Below are positions 9,812 to 19,728 of a DNA stretch of 32,000 nucleotides, one piece after another. A model generated the notes under the pieces. The model was given only the letters and a program-made list of their open reading frames with translations. It ran no database searches and was not told the DNA's origin. Positions within the stretch are counted from its first letter, which is position 1, and each line of letters starts with the position of its first letter. The stretch spans positions 1,200,001 through 1,232,000 of the forward strand of contig NC_000918.1 of assembly GCF_000008625.1 (NCBI RefSeq). Reading direction: 5' to 3'. Origin of the DNA: Aquifex aeolicus VF5 (GTDB lineage Bacteria; Aquificota; Aquificia; Aquificales; Aquificaceae). A program made the translations under genes and the position numbers.

Positions 9812-11176
9812 TCAAGTTGAAAGGAAAAGAAAGAGATTAAAACTTGAAGCCTCCGAAGGAAACCTCGGCATCTTCGGCATTTTTGGAATGGCAGGCATAC
9901 CTCCCGCCTTCTGAAGTTTCCTCATCATCTTCTTCATTTCTTCATACCTCTTCAGGAGCTTGTTCACGTCGGATACGGTAGTACCGCTACCTCTCGCTAT
10001 CCTCTTCTTCCTACTCATGTTTATGATCTTGGGATTTCTCCTCTCCTCAGGAGTCATGGAGTTTATGATTGCCTCTATCTTCTTGAACTGCTTTTCGTCC
10101 ACTTTCAGGTGTTTTAACTGGGGTGCAACTCCGGGTATCATGGAAAGGAGTTTGTCAAGGGGACCCATCTGCTGAATCATCCTGAGCATTTCCCTGAGGT
10201 CTTCAAGGTCAAACTCTCCGGTCATTACTTTGGTGGCCATAACCTGAGCTTTATCCTCGGTTATCACTTCCTGAGCTTTTTCAACGAGGCTTTGTATGTC
10301 ACCAAGTCCCAGAATTCTCTGTGCAATTCTGTCGGGATAGAAGGGCTCTATGTCTTCTATCTTCTCACCTACACCTATGAACTTTATGGGAACTCCGAGA
10401 ACTTCCTTAACCGAAAGGGCAAGTCCTCCCCTCGCGTCACCGTCCATCTTCGTGATAACTACTCCCGTAAGTCCGAGTCTTTCGTGGAAGGTTTTTGCGG
10501 TCTCTAGTGCCGTTTGACCCTGCATGGCGTCAGCCACGTACAGGATTTCCGAGGGATTTGTAACTTCCTTAATCTCCTGGAGCTCTTTCATCAACTCCTC
10601 GTCTACGTGAAGCCTTCCCGCGGTGTCAAGAAGCAGGTAATCCACACTTTCTTCCTTTGCCCTTTTTACAGCCCTTCTTGCTATTTCTACCGCACCAAGT
10701 CCTTCCTCAAACTCGTAGTAAGGCACTCCTACCCTTTCAGCGAGTCTCTGGAGCTGGAGCATTGCGGCGGGTCTCCTCAAGTCCGTGGAAGAAACCGCAA
10801 CCTTGTGTCCTCCCTTCTTCAGGAGGTTTGCTATCTTCCCTATGGTTGTGGTTTTACCCGTACCCTGAAGTCCTACGAAGAGGACAGTTCCTTTCTTTAA
10901 ATCTGCCTTCTCTCCTCCGAGGATGTCTACAAGTTCTTCGTAAACGGTCTTTATAACGAATTCAGCGGGACTTAAGTTTTTGGGTACTTCCTTCCCGACT
11001 ACCTTTTCCCTTATCCTCTTTATGAAGTCCTTGGCAACCTGGTAATCAACGTCCGCCTCCAGAAGTGCTAGTCTTATCTCCCTGAGTGTCTGGTTTATGT
11101 TCTTTTCGGTTATCTTCCTCGCGTTGGTGAGTTTTTCCAGCGCGTGGCTGAACTTTTCCGTCAGCAGTTCCAGCAT
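9812..11176 (-). CDS. ffh: Signal recognition particle protein Ffh
   Basis: 454 aa. NG domain carries [15 protein letters not shown] and TKMDGD. A Met-rich M domain follows. Confidence 0.96.
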   Translation of the reverse strand: MLELLTEKFSHALEKLTNARKITEKNINQTLREIRLALLEADVDYQVAKDFIKRIREKVVGKEVPKNLSPAEFVIKTVYEELVDILGGEKADLKKGTVLFVGLQGTGKTTTIGKIANLLKKGGHKVAVSSTDLRRPAAMLQLQRLAERVGVPYYEFEEGLGAVEIARRAVKRAKEESVDYLLLDTAGRLHVDEELMKELQEIKEVTNPSEILYVADAMQGQTALETAKTFHERLGLTGVVITKMDGDARGGLALSVKEVLGVPIKFIGVGEKIEDIEPFYPDRIAQRILGLGDIQSLVEKAQEVITEDKAQVMATKVMTGEFDLEDLREMLRMIQQMGPLDKLLSMIPGVAPQLKHLKVDEKQFKKIEAIINSMTPEERRNPKIINMSRKKRIARGSGTTVSDVNKLLKRYEEMKKMMRKLQKAGGMPAIPKMPKMPRFPSEASSFNLFLFLST

Positions 11177-11216
11177 AAGAAATAAAATATCACTTCTAAA
11201 GAGAAAGTTTTCAAGC

Positions 11217-12377
11217 TCACGATTTTACGTCCGAGCAGAAGAGTTTTCTCAGCAAAATCGTCGCATAACTGCCCGGAGGCAACGTAAAAGAGAGTTTCAG
11301 ACTGTTTTTTCTTTCTTCAATTACTTTTAGACCTTGAGGTTTGAAGAAGGCTTTTCTCACACCGTCCGAAAAGAGTTTTATCCCTATCCTTTCCGCCATA
11401 AGCATTTTTGGAGTTATCCCCTCGTCTTGCAGGACTTCCTTCATTACTATCTCGGCTTTTTTGTTCCGAGGTTTGTACTCCACACCCAGATAAGGTATTT
11501 CTAAATCTTTAATCTCTTCCCATATGACTTCGCTCATATCGTTGAAAAAAGCGAGTTCCCACTTGAGAAAGGGTGTTTTGCAGTACTTTAAGTACCTAAC
11601 CACAAAGGTGTAGAGGTACCTGTTCCACAGGTAACTCTGGTATGCAAAAACGAACATAAGCCTTATGTTTTTCGGCAGTACCATGAAGGCGTTTTTAAAA
11701 CTCTCTCCCCTTCTCAGGGCTTTTACTACCTCGAGTTCCGGTTTTGCACCTTTTGGCATGAGGCTGAGGAATCTGTCCCAGTCCCTCCAAGCTTTTCTCA
11801 GAAGCCTCTTTAGTCTTTTATCCCCGAGGGAGGTGAGGTACTCCTTCATTGCTTCTTCGTACTCGTGCCTCAGGAGGTACTTGACTATAAACTCCTCCGC
11901 GTGTTTTACAGAACCGAACCTCTGCTCACCGAAGTAGTTCTCACACCCATAGTTTTCAACGAGCTCCTTCATACGAGGAAAGACTCTTCTGTGGTACTTC
12001 GTTACACCTCTCACCACCACCTCGAAGTAATTCCCTTCTATTTCCCCCAGCTCAAGCCCTTTATCGGAAAAACCGAGGAACTTAAGCTCGAGGTTCTCAG
12101 TTCTGTAGCCGTCCATTTTACGAATTTTTTCTTCGTTTAAGTCTTTTACAGATATGTACTGCTCTGTTACAGCCTTTTTGTCTTTAAGTCCGGCAAAACC
12201 AATGTTTTTTAAAGGTATTCCGAAGCGATGAGATATGTGCCTTACGGCATCGAGCGTTGTCATGTCCTTCTTCTTCAGGAGAAAGTACGCGTACTGTCCC
12301 TTTTCTTTTAAGTCGAGTTTTTTGATTTCCTTTACGTAGAATTCCTCGGGTTTTTCCTTTATCCTTATATCCATCAC
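11217..12377 (-). CDS. truD: tRNA pseudouridine(13) synthase TruD
   Basis: 386 aa with the GLKDKKAVTEQ catalytic-Asp motif typical of TruD. Confidence 0.82.
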   Translation of the reverse strand: MMDIRIKEKPEEFYVKEIKKLDLKEKGQYAYFLLKKKDMTTLDAVRHISHRFGIPLKNIGFAGLKDKKAVTEQYISVKDLNEEKIRKMDGYRTENLELKFLGFSDKGLELGEIEGNYFEVVVRGVTKYHRRVFPRMKELVENYGCENYFGEQRFGSVKHAEEFIVKYLLRHEYEEAMKEYLTSLGDKRLKRLLRKAWRDWDRFLSLMPKGAKPELEVVKALRRGESFKNAFMVLPKNIRLMFVFAYQSYLWNRYLYTFVVRYLKYCKTPFLKWELAFFNDMSEVIWEEIKDLEIPYLGVEYKPRNKKAEIVMKEVLQDEGITPKMLMAERIGIKLFSDGVRKAFFKPQGLKVIEERKNSLKLSFTLPPGSYATILLRKLFCSDVKS

Positions 12378-12398
12378 TAAGATTAAAATACCTTTTTT

Positions 12399-13439
12399 AT
12401 GAAAATTCCCATTATTGGTCTGGAGTTTTCCGAAGAGGAGAAAAAAGCACTGACGGAAATCCTTGAGAGTAAGCGCATAACGAGAGACGGATGGACGGAT
12501 ACCTTTCAGGAGGCGTTTGCCGAGTTTTTGAACGTTAAATACTGTGCAACAGTCTGTTCTGGGACTGTGGCGCTCTTTATTGGTCTAAAAGCTCTCGGCA
12601 TCAGGAACGGAGAGAAGGTTGTAATACCCGCTATGAGCTTTATGGCTACTATTGACGCGGTTCTGCTCGCGGGGGGAATACCAGTAGTCGTTGACGTTGA
12701 CGAGTACTACACTATGGACGTCAACCAGCTGGAAGACGCGGTAAAGAAGTACAGACCGAGGGTAGTAATTCCCGTTCACCTTTACGGTCAACCTGCGGAC
12801 ATGGAAAATATTATGTTTTTAGCGGACAGGTACGGGTTTTTTGTATTAGAGGACTGCGCTCAGGCTCACGGTGCGGAGTTCAAGGGCAAAAAAGTAGGAG
12901 CGTGGGGACACCTTTCTGCCTTCAGCTTTTACGCTTCAAAAAACGTGCCGATGGGAGAGGGTGGAGCTTTAACAACAAACGACGAAAGCCTTTTTAAAGA
13001 AGTTAAGAAGTGGATAGACTTCGGAGAACACCCCGCTTTTAACGTGAAAATTACGGAATTTCAGGCAGCCATAGGAACGCTACAACTCCGAAAGTTAAAA
13101 GAGAGAAACGAAAGGAGGAGGAACATAGCAAGGATTTACACGGAAAACCTAAAGGGCTTGTGTGAGGTTCCGGAAGAAAGGGAAGGTGCTTACCACGTTT
13201 ACCACCTGTATACTTTAAGACACAAAGAAAGGGATAGATTGGTTGAGCACTTGAGAAGTAAGGGAATAGACGCGAGGGTTTATTACACTTACCTCCTTCA
13301 CGAACTCAGGAACGCGGAAGCTCTTCCCACCCCGAAGGCAGAAAGGTTCAAAAGAGAAGTTTTTTCAATACCAGTTCACCCTTTCTTGAAGGAGGAAGAA
13401 GTTCTCTACATAATAGAGAGTTTGAAAGAGGTTCTGTAA
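12399..13439 (+). CDS. DegT/DnrJ/EryC1/StrS-family PLP-dependent sugar aminotransferase
   Basis: 346 aa with EDCAQAHGA and FSFYASKNV (PLP-Lys) motifs. Confidence 0.85.
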   Translation: MKIPIIGLEFSEEEKKALTEILESKRITRDGWTDTFQEAFAEFLNVKYCATVCSGTVALFIGLKALGIRNGEKVVIPAMSFMATIDAVLLAGGIPVVVDVDEYYTMDVNQLEDAVKKYRPRVVIPVHLYGQPADMENIMFLADRYGFFVLEDCAQAHGAEFKGKKVGAWGHLSAFSFYASKNVPMGEGGALTTNDESLFKEVKKWIDFGEHPAFNVKITEFQAAIGTLQLRKLKERNERRRNIARIYTENLKGLCEVPEEREGAYHVYHLYTLRHKERDRLVEHLRSKGIDARVYYTYLLHELRNAEALPTPKAERFKREVFSIPVHPFLKEEEVLYIIESLKEVL

Positions 13440-13457
13440 AAAATATCTTTAATTATC

Positions 13458-15260
13458 ATGGAGCAAAAGAACGTAAGGAATTTCTGCATAATAGCACACG
13501 TTGACCACGGAAAGAGCACACTCGCGGACAGGCTCCTTGAATACACAGGAGCGATAAGCGAGAGGGAAAAGAGGGAACAGTTACTCGACACTTTGGACGT
13601 TGAGAGGGAGAGGGGTATCACCGTAAAGATGCAGGCGGTGAGAATGTTTTACAAGGCAAAGGACGGAAATACTTACAAACTACATCTCATAGACACTCCG
13701 GGACACGTTGATTTTTCTTATGAGGTTTCCAGGGCTCTCGCCGCATGTGAAGGAGCACTCCTTTTAATAGACGCCTCTCAGGGAATAGAGGCGCAGACGG
13801 TTGCAAACTTCTGGAAGGCGGTTGAACAGGATTTGGTGATAATCCCCGTAATAAACAAGATAGACCTCCCTTCCGCGGACGTAGACAGAGTAAAAAAACA
13901 AATAGAGGAGGTTCTCGGACTAGACCCCGAAGAGGCTATACTCGCCTCCGCAAAGGAAGGGATAGGTATAGAGGAAATCCTTGAGGCTATTGTGAACAGA
14001 ATTCCGCCGCCTAAAGGCGACCCCCAAAAACCCCTAAAGGCTCTGATATTTGACTCTTACTACGACCCTTACAGGGGAGCGGTGGCCTTTGTTAGGATTT
14101 TCGACGGAGAGGTAAAGCCCGGCGACAAGATAATGCTGATGTCCACGGGAAAGGAGTACGAAGTCACGGAAGTGGGTGCTCAAACACCTAAAATGACGAA
14201 GTTTGACAAGCTAAGTGCGGGGGACGTAGGGTACATAGCCGCTTCCATAAAGGACGTCAGGGATATAAGAATAGGTGACACCATCACCCACGCTAAGAAC
14301 CCGACGAAGGAACCTGTACCCGGATTTCAGCCTGCAAAGCCCATGGTTTACGCGGGAATTTACCCCGCTGAAGATACAACTTACGAGGAACTCAGGGACG
14401 CCCTTGAAAAGTATGCGATTAACGACGCTGCGATAGTTTACGAACCCGAAAGTTCTCCCGCCCTCGGAATGGGTTTCAGAGTAGGATTTCTGGGACTCCT
14501 GCACATGGAAATAGTTCAGGAGAGACTTGAAAGAGAGTACGGAGTAAAAATCATAACGACGGCTCCCAACGTCATTTACAGGGTAAAGAAGAAGTTCACA
14601 GACGAAGTTATAGAGGTAAGAAACCCCATGGACTTTCCCGACAACGCTGGACTCATAGAGTACGTAGAAGAACCCTTCGTTCTCGTCACGATAATAACTC
14701 CCAAGGAATACGTGGGACCAATAATACAGCTATGTCAGGAAAAGAGGGGAATTCAGAAGAATATGACTTATCTGGACCCAAACACCGTTTACCTTGAGTA
14801 CGAGATGCCCCTATCCGAGATAATCGTTGACTTTCACGACAAGATAAAGTCCATATCCAGAGGGTTTGCCTCCTACGACTACGAGTTTATAGGATACAGA
14901 CCTTCGGACCTCATAAAACTAACGGTTCTTATAAACAAAAAACCCGTGGACGCTCTTTCCTTCATAGTACACGCGGACAGGGCTCAGAAGTTCGCAAGGA
15001 GAGTTGCGGAAAAGCTGAGAGAAACAATCCCGAGACAGCTCTTTGAGGTTCACATCCAGGTGGCAAAGGGCGGAAAGGTAATAGCCTCGGAGAGGATAAA
15101 ACCCCTCAGGGCAAACGTTACGGCAAAGTGCTACGGCGGTGACGTCACGAGGAAGAAGAAACTCCTTGAAAACCAGAAGGAAGGTAAGAAGAGGATGAAA
15201 CAGTTTGGAAAGGTCCAACTCCCCCAGGAAGCCTTCTTAAGTGTCCTTAAGGTTGAATAA
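13458..15260 (+). CDS. lepA: Elongation factor 4 (LepA)
   Basis: 600 aa with GTPase motifs [14 protein letters not shown] and NKID, and a LepA-specific C-terminal domain. Confidence 0.96.
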   Translation: MEQKNVRNFCIIAHVDHGKSTLADRLLEYTGAISEREKREQLLDTLDVERERGITVKMQAVRMFYKAKDGNTYKLHLIDTPGHVDFSYEVSRALAACEGALLLIDASQGIEAQTVANFWKAVEQDLVIIPVINKIDLPSADVDRVKKQIEEVLGLDPEEAILASAKEGIGIEEILEAIVNRIPPPKGDPQKPLKALIFDSYYDPYRGAVAFVRIFDGEVKPGDKIMLMSTGKEYEVTEVGAQTPKMTKFDKLSAGDVGYIAASIKDVRDIRIGDTITHAKNPTKEPVPGFQPAKPMVYAGIYPAEDTTYEELRDALEKYAINDAAIVYEPESSPALGMGFRVGFLGLLHMEIVQERLEREYGVKIITTAPNVIYRVKKKFTDEVIEVRNPMDFPDNAGLIEYVEEPFVLVTIITPKEYVGPIIQLCQEKRGIQKNMTYLDPNTVYLEYEMPLSEIIVDFHDKIKSISRGFASYDYEFIGYRPSDLIKLTVLINKKPVDALSFIVHADRAQKFARRVAEKLRETIPRQLFEVHIQVAKGGKVIASERIKPLRANVTAKCYGGDVTRKKKLLENQKEGKKRMKQFGKVQLPQEAFLSVLKVE

Positions 15261-16169
15261 CTCCTTTGCCTTTACCATTTTCGTTATAAACTCGTTTGTA
15301 GGCGTCGAAACACCATATTTTTTTCCAAGCTCTACTATGGCTCCATTAAGGGCTTCTATCTCGGTTTTGCCCTTTTTTACGTCTTCAAGCATTGAAGGGT
15401 AGTGCTCCGCAGTGGGAGGGATTAACTTCTCGTAAAAAACCTTCTTGTACTCATCGGCACTTTTCCAGAAACAGGGCAGTTTAGCCTTTTCTATAACCTG
15501 AAAAATTTCATCTATAACCCTGTTCATTAACTCTTTCGTGTGAGGATTTTCCGCAAGGCTTCCGTAGTTTACTTCAAAAAGCGCACCTAAGGGATTCAGA
15601 GCACTGTTGTATATTATCTTGTCCACCAAGTACTTGTACACGTCTCTCTCGTACCTCGTTGGTATTCCCGCCTCCGTAAAAGTTCGGGCTAAATTCTTTA
15701 GAAACTCTTCATCTATCTTTCCCGAAGGGTCTCCTATTACTACCTCGTCCGCACTCACGGTTATCCTTATGTGTCCCGGTTTTATAACTTTTGAACCGAA
15801 TATTATTCTGGAAAGTATTACCTTTCCCTCGCCGTAAATTTCCACAGCTTTCTCGTAATTTCCGTATCCGTTCTGGGCAATCATTATGAAAGTATTTTCG
15901 CCGACTACGGGCTTTACTTTTTTGAGTGCCTCCTCCGTGTCGTAAGACTTTACTGAGATTATAACTATATCGGGAATAAAAGGTACTTCCTCAACTTTTG
16001 TAAAAGTTTTTACTGGAATTTCAAACTCTCCCCATATGCCCTCAACCTTTATCCTGTTTACCGGATTTCTCCTTACGAGTCCCGCCGCTTCGTGTCCCGC
16101 TCTCGTTAAAAAGGCCAGATACGCGCTCCCTATTGCCCCTACGCCCACTATTAGGAACTTCATCACCAT
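15237..16169 (-). CDS. PanE/ApbA-family 2-dehydropantoate 2-reductase-like NAD(P) oxidoreductase
   Basis: 310 aa with an N-terminal Rossmann motif IVGVGAIGS. The start may be the third codon (ATG at 16161-16163). Either start overlaps the stop of the upstream DsrF-like gene. Confidence 0.78.
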   Translation of the reverse strand: MVMKFLIVGVGAIGSAYLAFLTRAGHEAAGLVRRNPVNRIKVEGIWGEFEIPVKTFTKVEEVPFIPDIVIISVKSYDTEEALKKVKPVVGENTFIMIAQNGYGNYEKAVEIYGEGKVILSRIIFGSKVIKPGHIRITVSADEVVIGDPSGKIDEEFLKNLARTFTEAGIPTRYERDVYKYLVDKIIYNSALNPLGALFEVNYGSLAENPHTKELMNRVIDEIFQVIEKAKLPCFWKSADEYKKVFYEKLIPPTAEHYPSMLEDVKKGKTEIEALNGAIVELGKKYGVSTPTNEFITKMVKAKELFNLKDT

Positions 16170-16507
16170 ACGAAAACGTGGTCCGCTTCCTGAATGAGCT
16201 TCTTCACTTCTTCGGAATTGATTATCTTAACGTTTTCCACCGCGAGGTTTGACTTTGTTATTCCCCTCTCATGGAGGGACTCTTCTTCGGCAACAAGGGT
16301 AAGGTTTATAAACTCTACGGTTTCCCAGAACTTCTCAAAACTTGCAATTCCGAGCTTTTCGGGTTCCCACTTGGTAAGCGTGTAAACGCCGTCCCTGATG
16401 CAGATAAAGTAAGTCTCGTTACTTATCCCCATAGCTGTTGCAACTCTCAAGGCCTCATGGGCTTTCCAAGAAAAAGGGTCTCCTTTGAGTATGAATACGA
16501 TTTTCAT
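16163..16507 (-). CDS. DsrF/TusC-like sulfur-relay family protein (no Cys at the DsrE active-site position)
   Basis: 114 aa with a DsrE/F-fold-like pattern MKIVFILKGDP...VAEEESLHERGI...HVFVW. SD GGGAAGG lies 8 nt upstream. ATGA overlap with the preceding 36-aa ORF. Confidence 0.6.
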   Translation of the reverse strand: MKIVFILKGDPFSWKAHEALRVATAMGISNETYFICIRDGVYTLTKWEPEKLGIASFEKFWETVEFINLTLVAEEESLHERGITKSNLAVENVKIINSEEVKKLIQEADHVFVW

Positions 16508-16614
16508 GACTTTGCCTTCCCTTCAGGCTTTTTAACTCCCGAAAGAAGGATATAACTAAGCCCGACTAGAAAGAGAAAGAGAATTATTACTGCTATTACA
16601 AGGTCGTAGTTCAT
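16504..16614 (-). CDS. 36-aa single-TM micro-protein
   Basis: I trimmed the tracked ORF 16504..16695 to the internal ATG at 16612-16614. That ATG has AGGAGG 8 nt upstream and overlaps the stop of the 66-aa ORF (ATGA). Sequence: MNYDLVIAVIILFLFLVGLSYILLSGVKKPEGKAKS. Confidence 0.5.
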   Translation of the reverse strand: MNYDLVIAVIILFLFLVGLSYILLSGVKKPEGKAKS

Positions 16615-16811
16615 TCTGTAAACCTCCTGCCATATAAGTAAGATAGTATCACCGCAAGCACTGTGAACATAAAACCACTCATAAATAAAATCCAACTTTC
16701 CGATTTACTTTGGAGCACAAATCCAACAAAAGAAGATACATAGCTACCTATAGCAACACCTTTAGTTATGTCAACTAATGCTTTAAAACTTTCCTTTTTA
16801 CCTTTGTTCAT
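16611..16811 (-). CDS. 66-aa two-TM micro-protein
   Basis: Two hydrophobic segments (GVAIGSYVSSFVGFVL and WILFMSGFMFTVLAVILSYLY). It starts 6 nt after the DsrE-like stop. No SD is visible, so translation would depend on coupling. Confidence 0.45.
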   Translation of the reverse strand: MNKGKKESFKALVDITKGVAIGSYVSSFVGFVLQSKSESWILFMSGFMFTVLAVILSYLYGRRFTE

Positions 16812-16817
16812 TTAACT

Positions 16818-17123
16818 TCAGTTAAAACATATCGTCTTATCAAAATCCTTCATCATCTGGGAAAGGGAGTAAGTGGAACTGCTTTCCGCCCATTCGGGAA
16901 ATTCCTTTACTCCCCTCTGGTGTGCCGCGTGTGAACAGAACATCACTCTAGCTCCGAAATTTTTAAGCTCTTCCGCATCTGGTCTGAGAAGGTAGTAAAC
17001 GCCGTTTCCGGAAAGAAAAATAGTGACCTCGTGCCCGCTCTCACAGAGGTATTTGGTTAAGTTCCTGATCGTGTTGTAGTCCTTTGCAAAGGGAACGCTC
17101 GTTATGAATAGGAGTATTTTCAT
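16818..17123 (-). CDS. DsrE/TusD-like sulfurtransferase family protein
   Basis: 101 aa. MKILLFITS... fold pattern, with a candidate active-site Cys in FCSHAAHQRGV (C-x2-A-A-x2-RG as in DsrE/TusD). ATGA overlap with the TusA-like stop. Confidence 0.65.
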   Translation of the reverse strand: MKILLFITSVPFAKDYNTIRNLTKYLCESGHEVTIFLSGNGVYYLLRPDAEELKNFGARVMFCSHAAHQRGVKEFPEWAESSSTYSLSQMMKDFDKTICFN

Positions 17124-17359
17124 TTCACTTTCTTAATTATAATCTCCCAGAGGTTTTCACCTATCTGGTTCACCGCTATTACTTCCTGCCCCTCTTCCCT
17201 CATGCTTTTGGGAACGCTTTCCGCGGAAGGGGGGTAATCCACGAGAACCCTCAGGATTTGTCCCGTTTCCATTTCTTCCAAGGCGAGTTTACTCTTCACG
17301 AAGGTAAAGGGGCATACCTCACCCCTTATGTCAAGCTCTTTGTCAACCTTCACGTCCAT
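17120..17359 (-). CDS. TusA/SirA-family sulfur carrier protein
   Basis: 79 aa with DIRGEVCPFT, a TusA-type D-x-x-G-x-x-CP motif. Confidence 0.8.
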   Translation of the reverse strand: MDVKVDKELDIRGEVCPFTFVKSKLALEEMETGQILRVLVDYPPSAESVPKSMREEGQEVIAVNQIGENLWEIIIKKVK

Positions 17360-17368
17360 AACTCTTAA

Positions 17369-17397
17369 ATTTAAACCCCTTCGTTTAAAATAATCAA
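17369..17397 (-). promoter_or_regulatory. Sigma70-like promoter for the TusA/DsrE operon
   Basis: The minus strand reads TTGATT (17397-17392), N17, TTAAAT (17374-17369), then 9 nt to the ATG at 17359. No SD lies in between. Confidence 0.4.
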
Positions 17398-17399
17398 TT

Positions 17400-19727
17400 A
17401 TGAAAGTTCCCTACTCATGGCTCTCCGAATTCGTAGAACTCAGCGACGTATCCCCCGAAGAGATAGCCGAAAAACTCTCACTTAGGAGCGTAGAGGCAAC
17501 GGTTGAAACCTTCGGGATAGACCTTGACGGTGTGGTTTTCGGAAAGGTGGTTGAGGTAAAGGAACATCCTACCAAAAAAAAGCTTGCTGTGGTAAAGGTT
17601 CAGGTTCAGGAGCACATTTTTATAGACGTCGTTACCGTGGACAAAAGTGTAAGGGAAGGAGATGGAGTAATTGTAGCCCTTCCAAACGCAAAAGTCGGGA
17701 ATATGTGCGTTACCGAGAGGGAGTTTGACGGGGTAGTTTCTAAAGGACTCCTTCTCTCCGCTCAGGAACTCGGACTTGAAGAGAAAAGCGAAGGTGTTTT
17801 AAAAATTCACGAGGACTTCAAGCCCGGAACTGACGCAAATGAAATTCTGGGCTTTGGAGAAAAAATAATAGAGATAGACATAACGCCAAACAGGGGGGAT
17901 ATGCTCTCGGTGAGGGGAGTGGCAAGGGACTTAAGCGCCATATTCAGGCTTCCCAAGAAAAAACCCGAAGAACCGACTTACGAAGAGACGGGGGAGTTCT
18001 TCATAGAGATAGAAGACGAAGATTGCAAACGCTACAGGGGTGTCGTAATAGAAGGTGTTGAGATAAAGGAATCCCCGCTTTACATAAAGAAAAGACTCTG
18101 GCAGTGCGGTATAAAGAGCATTAACAACGTGGTTGACATAACGAATTACGTAATGCTGAGGGACGGACAGCCCTTACATGCCTTTGACCTCTCAAAAGTT
18201 GAAGGCGGGATAATTGTGAGGAGTGCTAAAAAAGGGGAGAAGATAATAACCCTTGACGGTGAAGAAAGGGAACTGGACGAGGATATACTTGTAATAGCGG
18301 ACAGGGAAAAGCCCCTCGCCGTTGCGGGAGTAATAGGAGGGCTTGAGAGCGGTATTAAGGAAAACACGAAAGACATCCTACTTGAGAGTGCCTACTTCAA
18401 CCCCTTCAGGGTGAGAAAAGCCTCTAAGAAACTCGGAATTCAGACAGAAAGCTCTTACAGGTTTGAGAGGAACGTAGATATAGAAAGGGTAGACAGGGCA
18501 CAGGATTACGCGGTTTACCTGATACTCAAGCACGCGGGCGGAAAGGTCAAAGTAGTAAAGGACGTGTACAGGGAAAAGTACAAGCCCAAAAAGGTGTTCC
18601 TACCTCAGGGAAAGTACATAAGGTATGCAGGAGAATCATACAAAAACGAAGAAGTGAAGGAAATCTTAGACGCTTTGGAAATCCCGAACGAGATAATGAG
18701 ATGCGGTGTAGAGGTTTTAGTTCCTTCTCACAGGAGCTTTGACATTCAGAGGGACGTGGACCTCATAGAGGAAATAATGAGGGTAAAAGGCTACGAACAC
18801 TACACTTCCGAAACACTCAAACTCCCCTCCATCGCAAACCTGTGGAAGGATAACTTACTTGAAGTAAAAAAATACCTCAGGGACAAAGGACTAACGGAGG
18901 TCATCAACTTTTCTTTTGAGGACTCAAAACTCTACGAACTCCTGAATCTTCCTCTTCCGGAACTCGAAGTCATAAACCCCCTCAACCCCACCCAGAGGTA
19001 CATGAGGAACACACTGATAACCTCACTCCTCAGAACAGCTGTTTACAACGACAGGAATTACAACTACGACCAGGCTGTATTTGAACTCGGAAAGGTCTTC
19101 TTCAAAGAGGGTGAAGAAAACAGGCTCGGAATACTCCTTAAAGGGAACAAGCCCAGAACCTTAAAAGAAGAAAAATGGGAGCCTTACGACCTTACGGAAA
19201 TAATAGCGGGAATTTTTGCATTGTTTGGGCTCGAGCCTGAATTCAGGAATGCAAAAAGGAACTTCCTCCACCCTTACGTTCAGGGAGAGGTTTACCTTGA
19301 GGGTGAATTCGTAGGGTTCTTCGGAAAGCTACACCCCAAAATCGCAAAGGAACTGGAACTAAAAGGCGAGCCCTTTGTAGCGGAAATAGAAATAGAAAGG
19401 GTTCTCTCCAAGAAGAGACTGCCCCACTACAGGGAAGTGGCCAAGTTCCCACCAGTTGTGAGGGATATCGCCCTCGTAATGGACAAAGAGCTTGATGTGA
19501 ATAAATTATTAATTGACACGAAATCGCAAATAGGTGAACTACTGGAAGAGGTAAGGGTTTTTGACGTTTACACGGGTGAAAAGGTAGGGGAAGGCAAGAA
19601 GAGCGTAGCTGTAAGACTCGTTTTAAGGAGTAAGACGGGTAGTCTCAAAGACGAGGAAGCGAACGAATTGGTGAATAAACTTGTTAATTATCTGAAAGAG
19701 AAGTACGGAGTTGAGCTTAGAACTTAA
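17400..19727 (+). CDS. pheT: Phenylalanine-tRNA ligase beta subunit
   Basis: 775 aa with an N-terminal tRNA-binding (OB) domain, B3/4 and B5 domains and a C-terminal FDX-ACB-like domain. No pheS is adjacent. Confidence 0.94.
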   Translation: MKVPYSWLSEFVELSDVSPEEIAEKLSLRSVEATVETFGIDLDGVVFGKVVEVKEHPTKKKLAVVKVQVQEHIFIDVVTVDKSVREGDGVIVALPNAKVGNMCVTEREFDGVVSKGLLLSAQELGLEEKSEGVLKIHEDFKPGTDANEILGFGEKIIEIDITPNRGDMLSVRGVARDLSAIFRLPKKKPEEPTYEETGEFFIEIEDEDCKRYRGVVIEGVEIKESPLYIKKRLWQCGIKSINNVVDITNYVMLRDGQPLHAFDLSKVEGGIIVRSAKKGEKIITLDGEERELDEDILVIADREKPLAVAGVIGGLESGIKENTKDILLESAYFNPFRVRKASKKLGIQTESSYRFERNVDIERVDRAQDYAVYLILKHAGGKVKVVKDVYREKYKPKKVFLPQGKYIRYAGESYKNEEVKEILDALEIPNEIMRCGVEVLVPSHRSFDIQRDVDLIEEIMRVKGYEHYTSETLKLPSIANLWKDNLLEVKKYLRDKGLTEVINFSFEDSKLYELLNLPLPELEVINPLNPTQRYMRNTLITSLLRTAVYNDRNYNYDQAVFELGKVFFKEGEENRLGILLKGNKPRTLKEEKWEPYDLTEIIAGIFALFGLEPEFRNAKRNFLHPYVQGEVYLEGEFVGFFGKLHPKIAKELELKGEPFVAEIEIERVLSKKRLPHYREVAKFPPVVRDIALVMDKELDVNKLLIDTKSQIGELLEEVRVFDVYTGEKVGEGKKSVAVRLVLRSKTGSLKDEEANELVNKLVNYLKEKYGVELRT

Positions 19728-19728
19728 G

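Noticed and set aside
16615-16695. Longer 63-aa version of the small ORF 16504..16695
   Set aside because: The extra 27 residues are non-hydrophobic and overlap the 66-aa ORF in another frame. The internal ATG has a proper AGGAGG and an ATGA junction. I also considered a frameshift fusion of the two small ORFs, but I see no slippery sequence.
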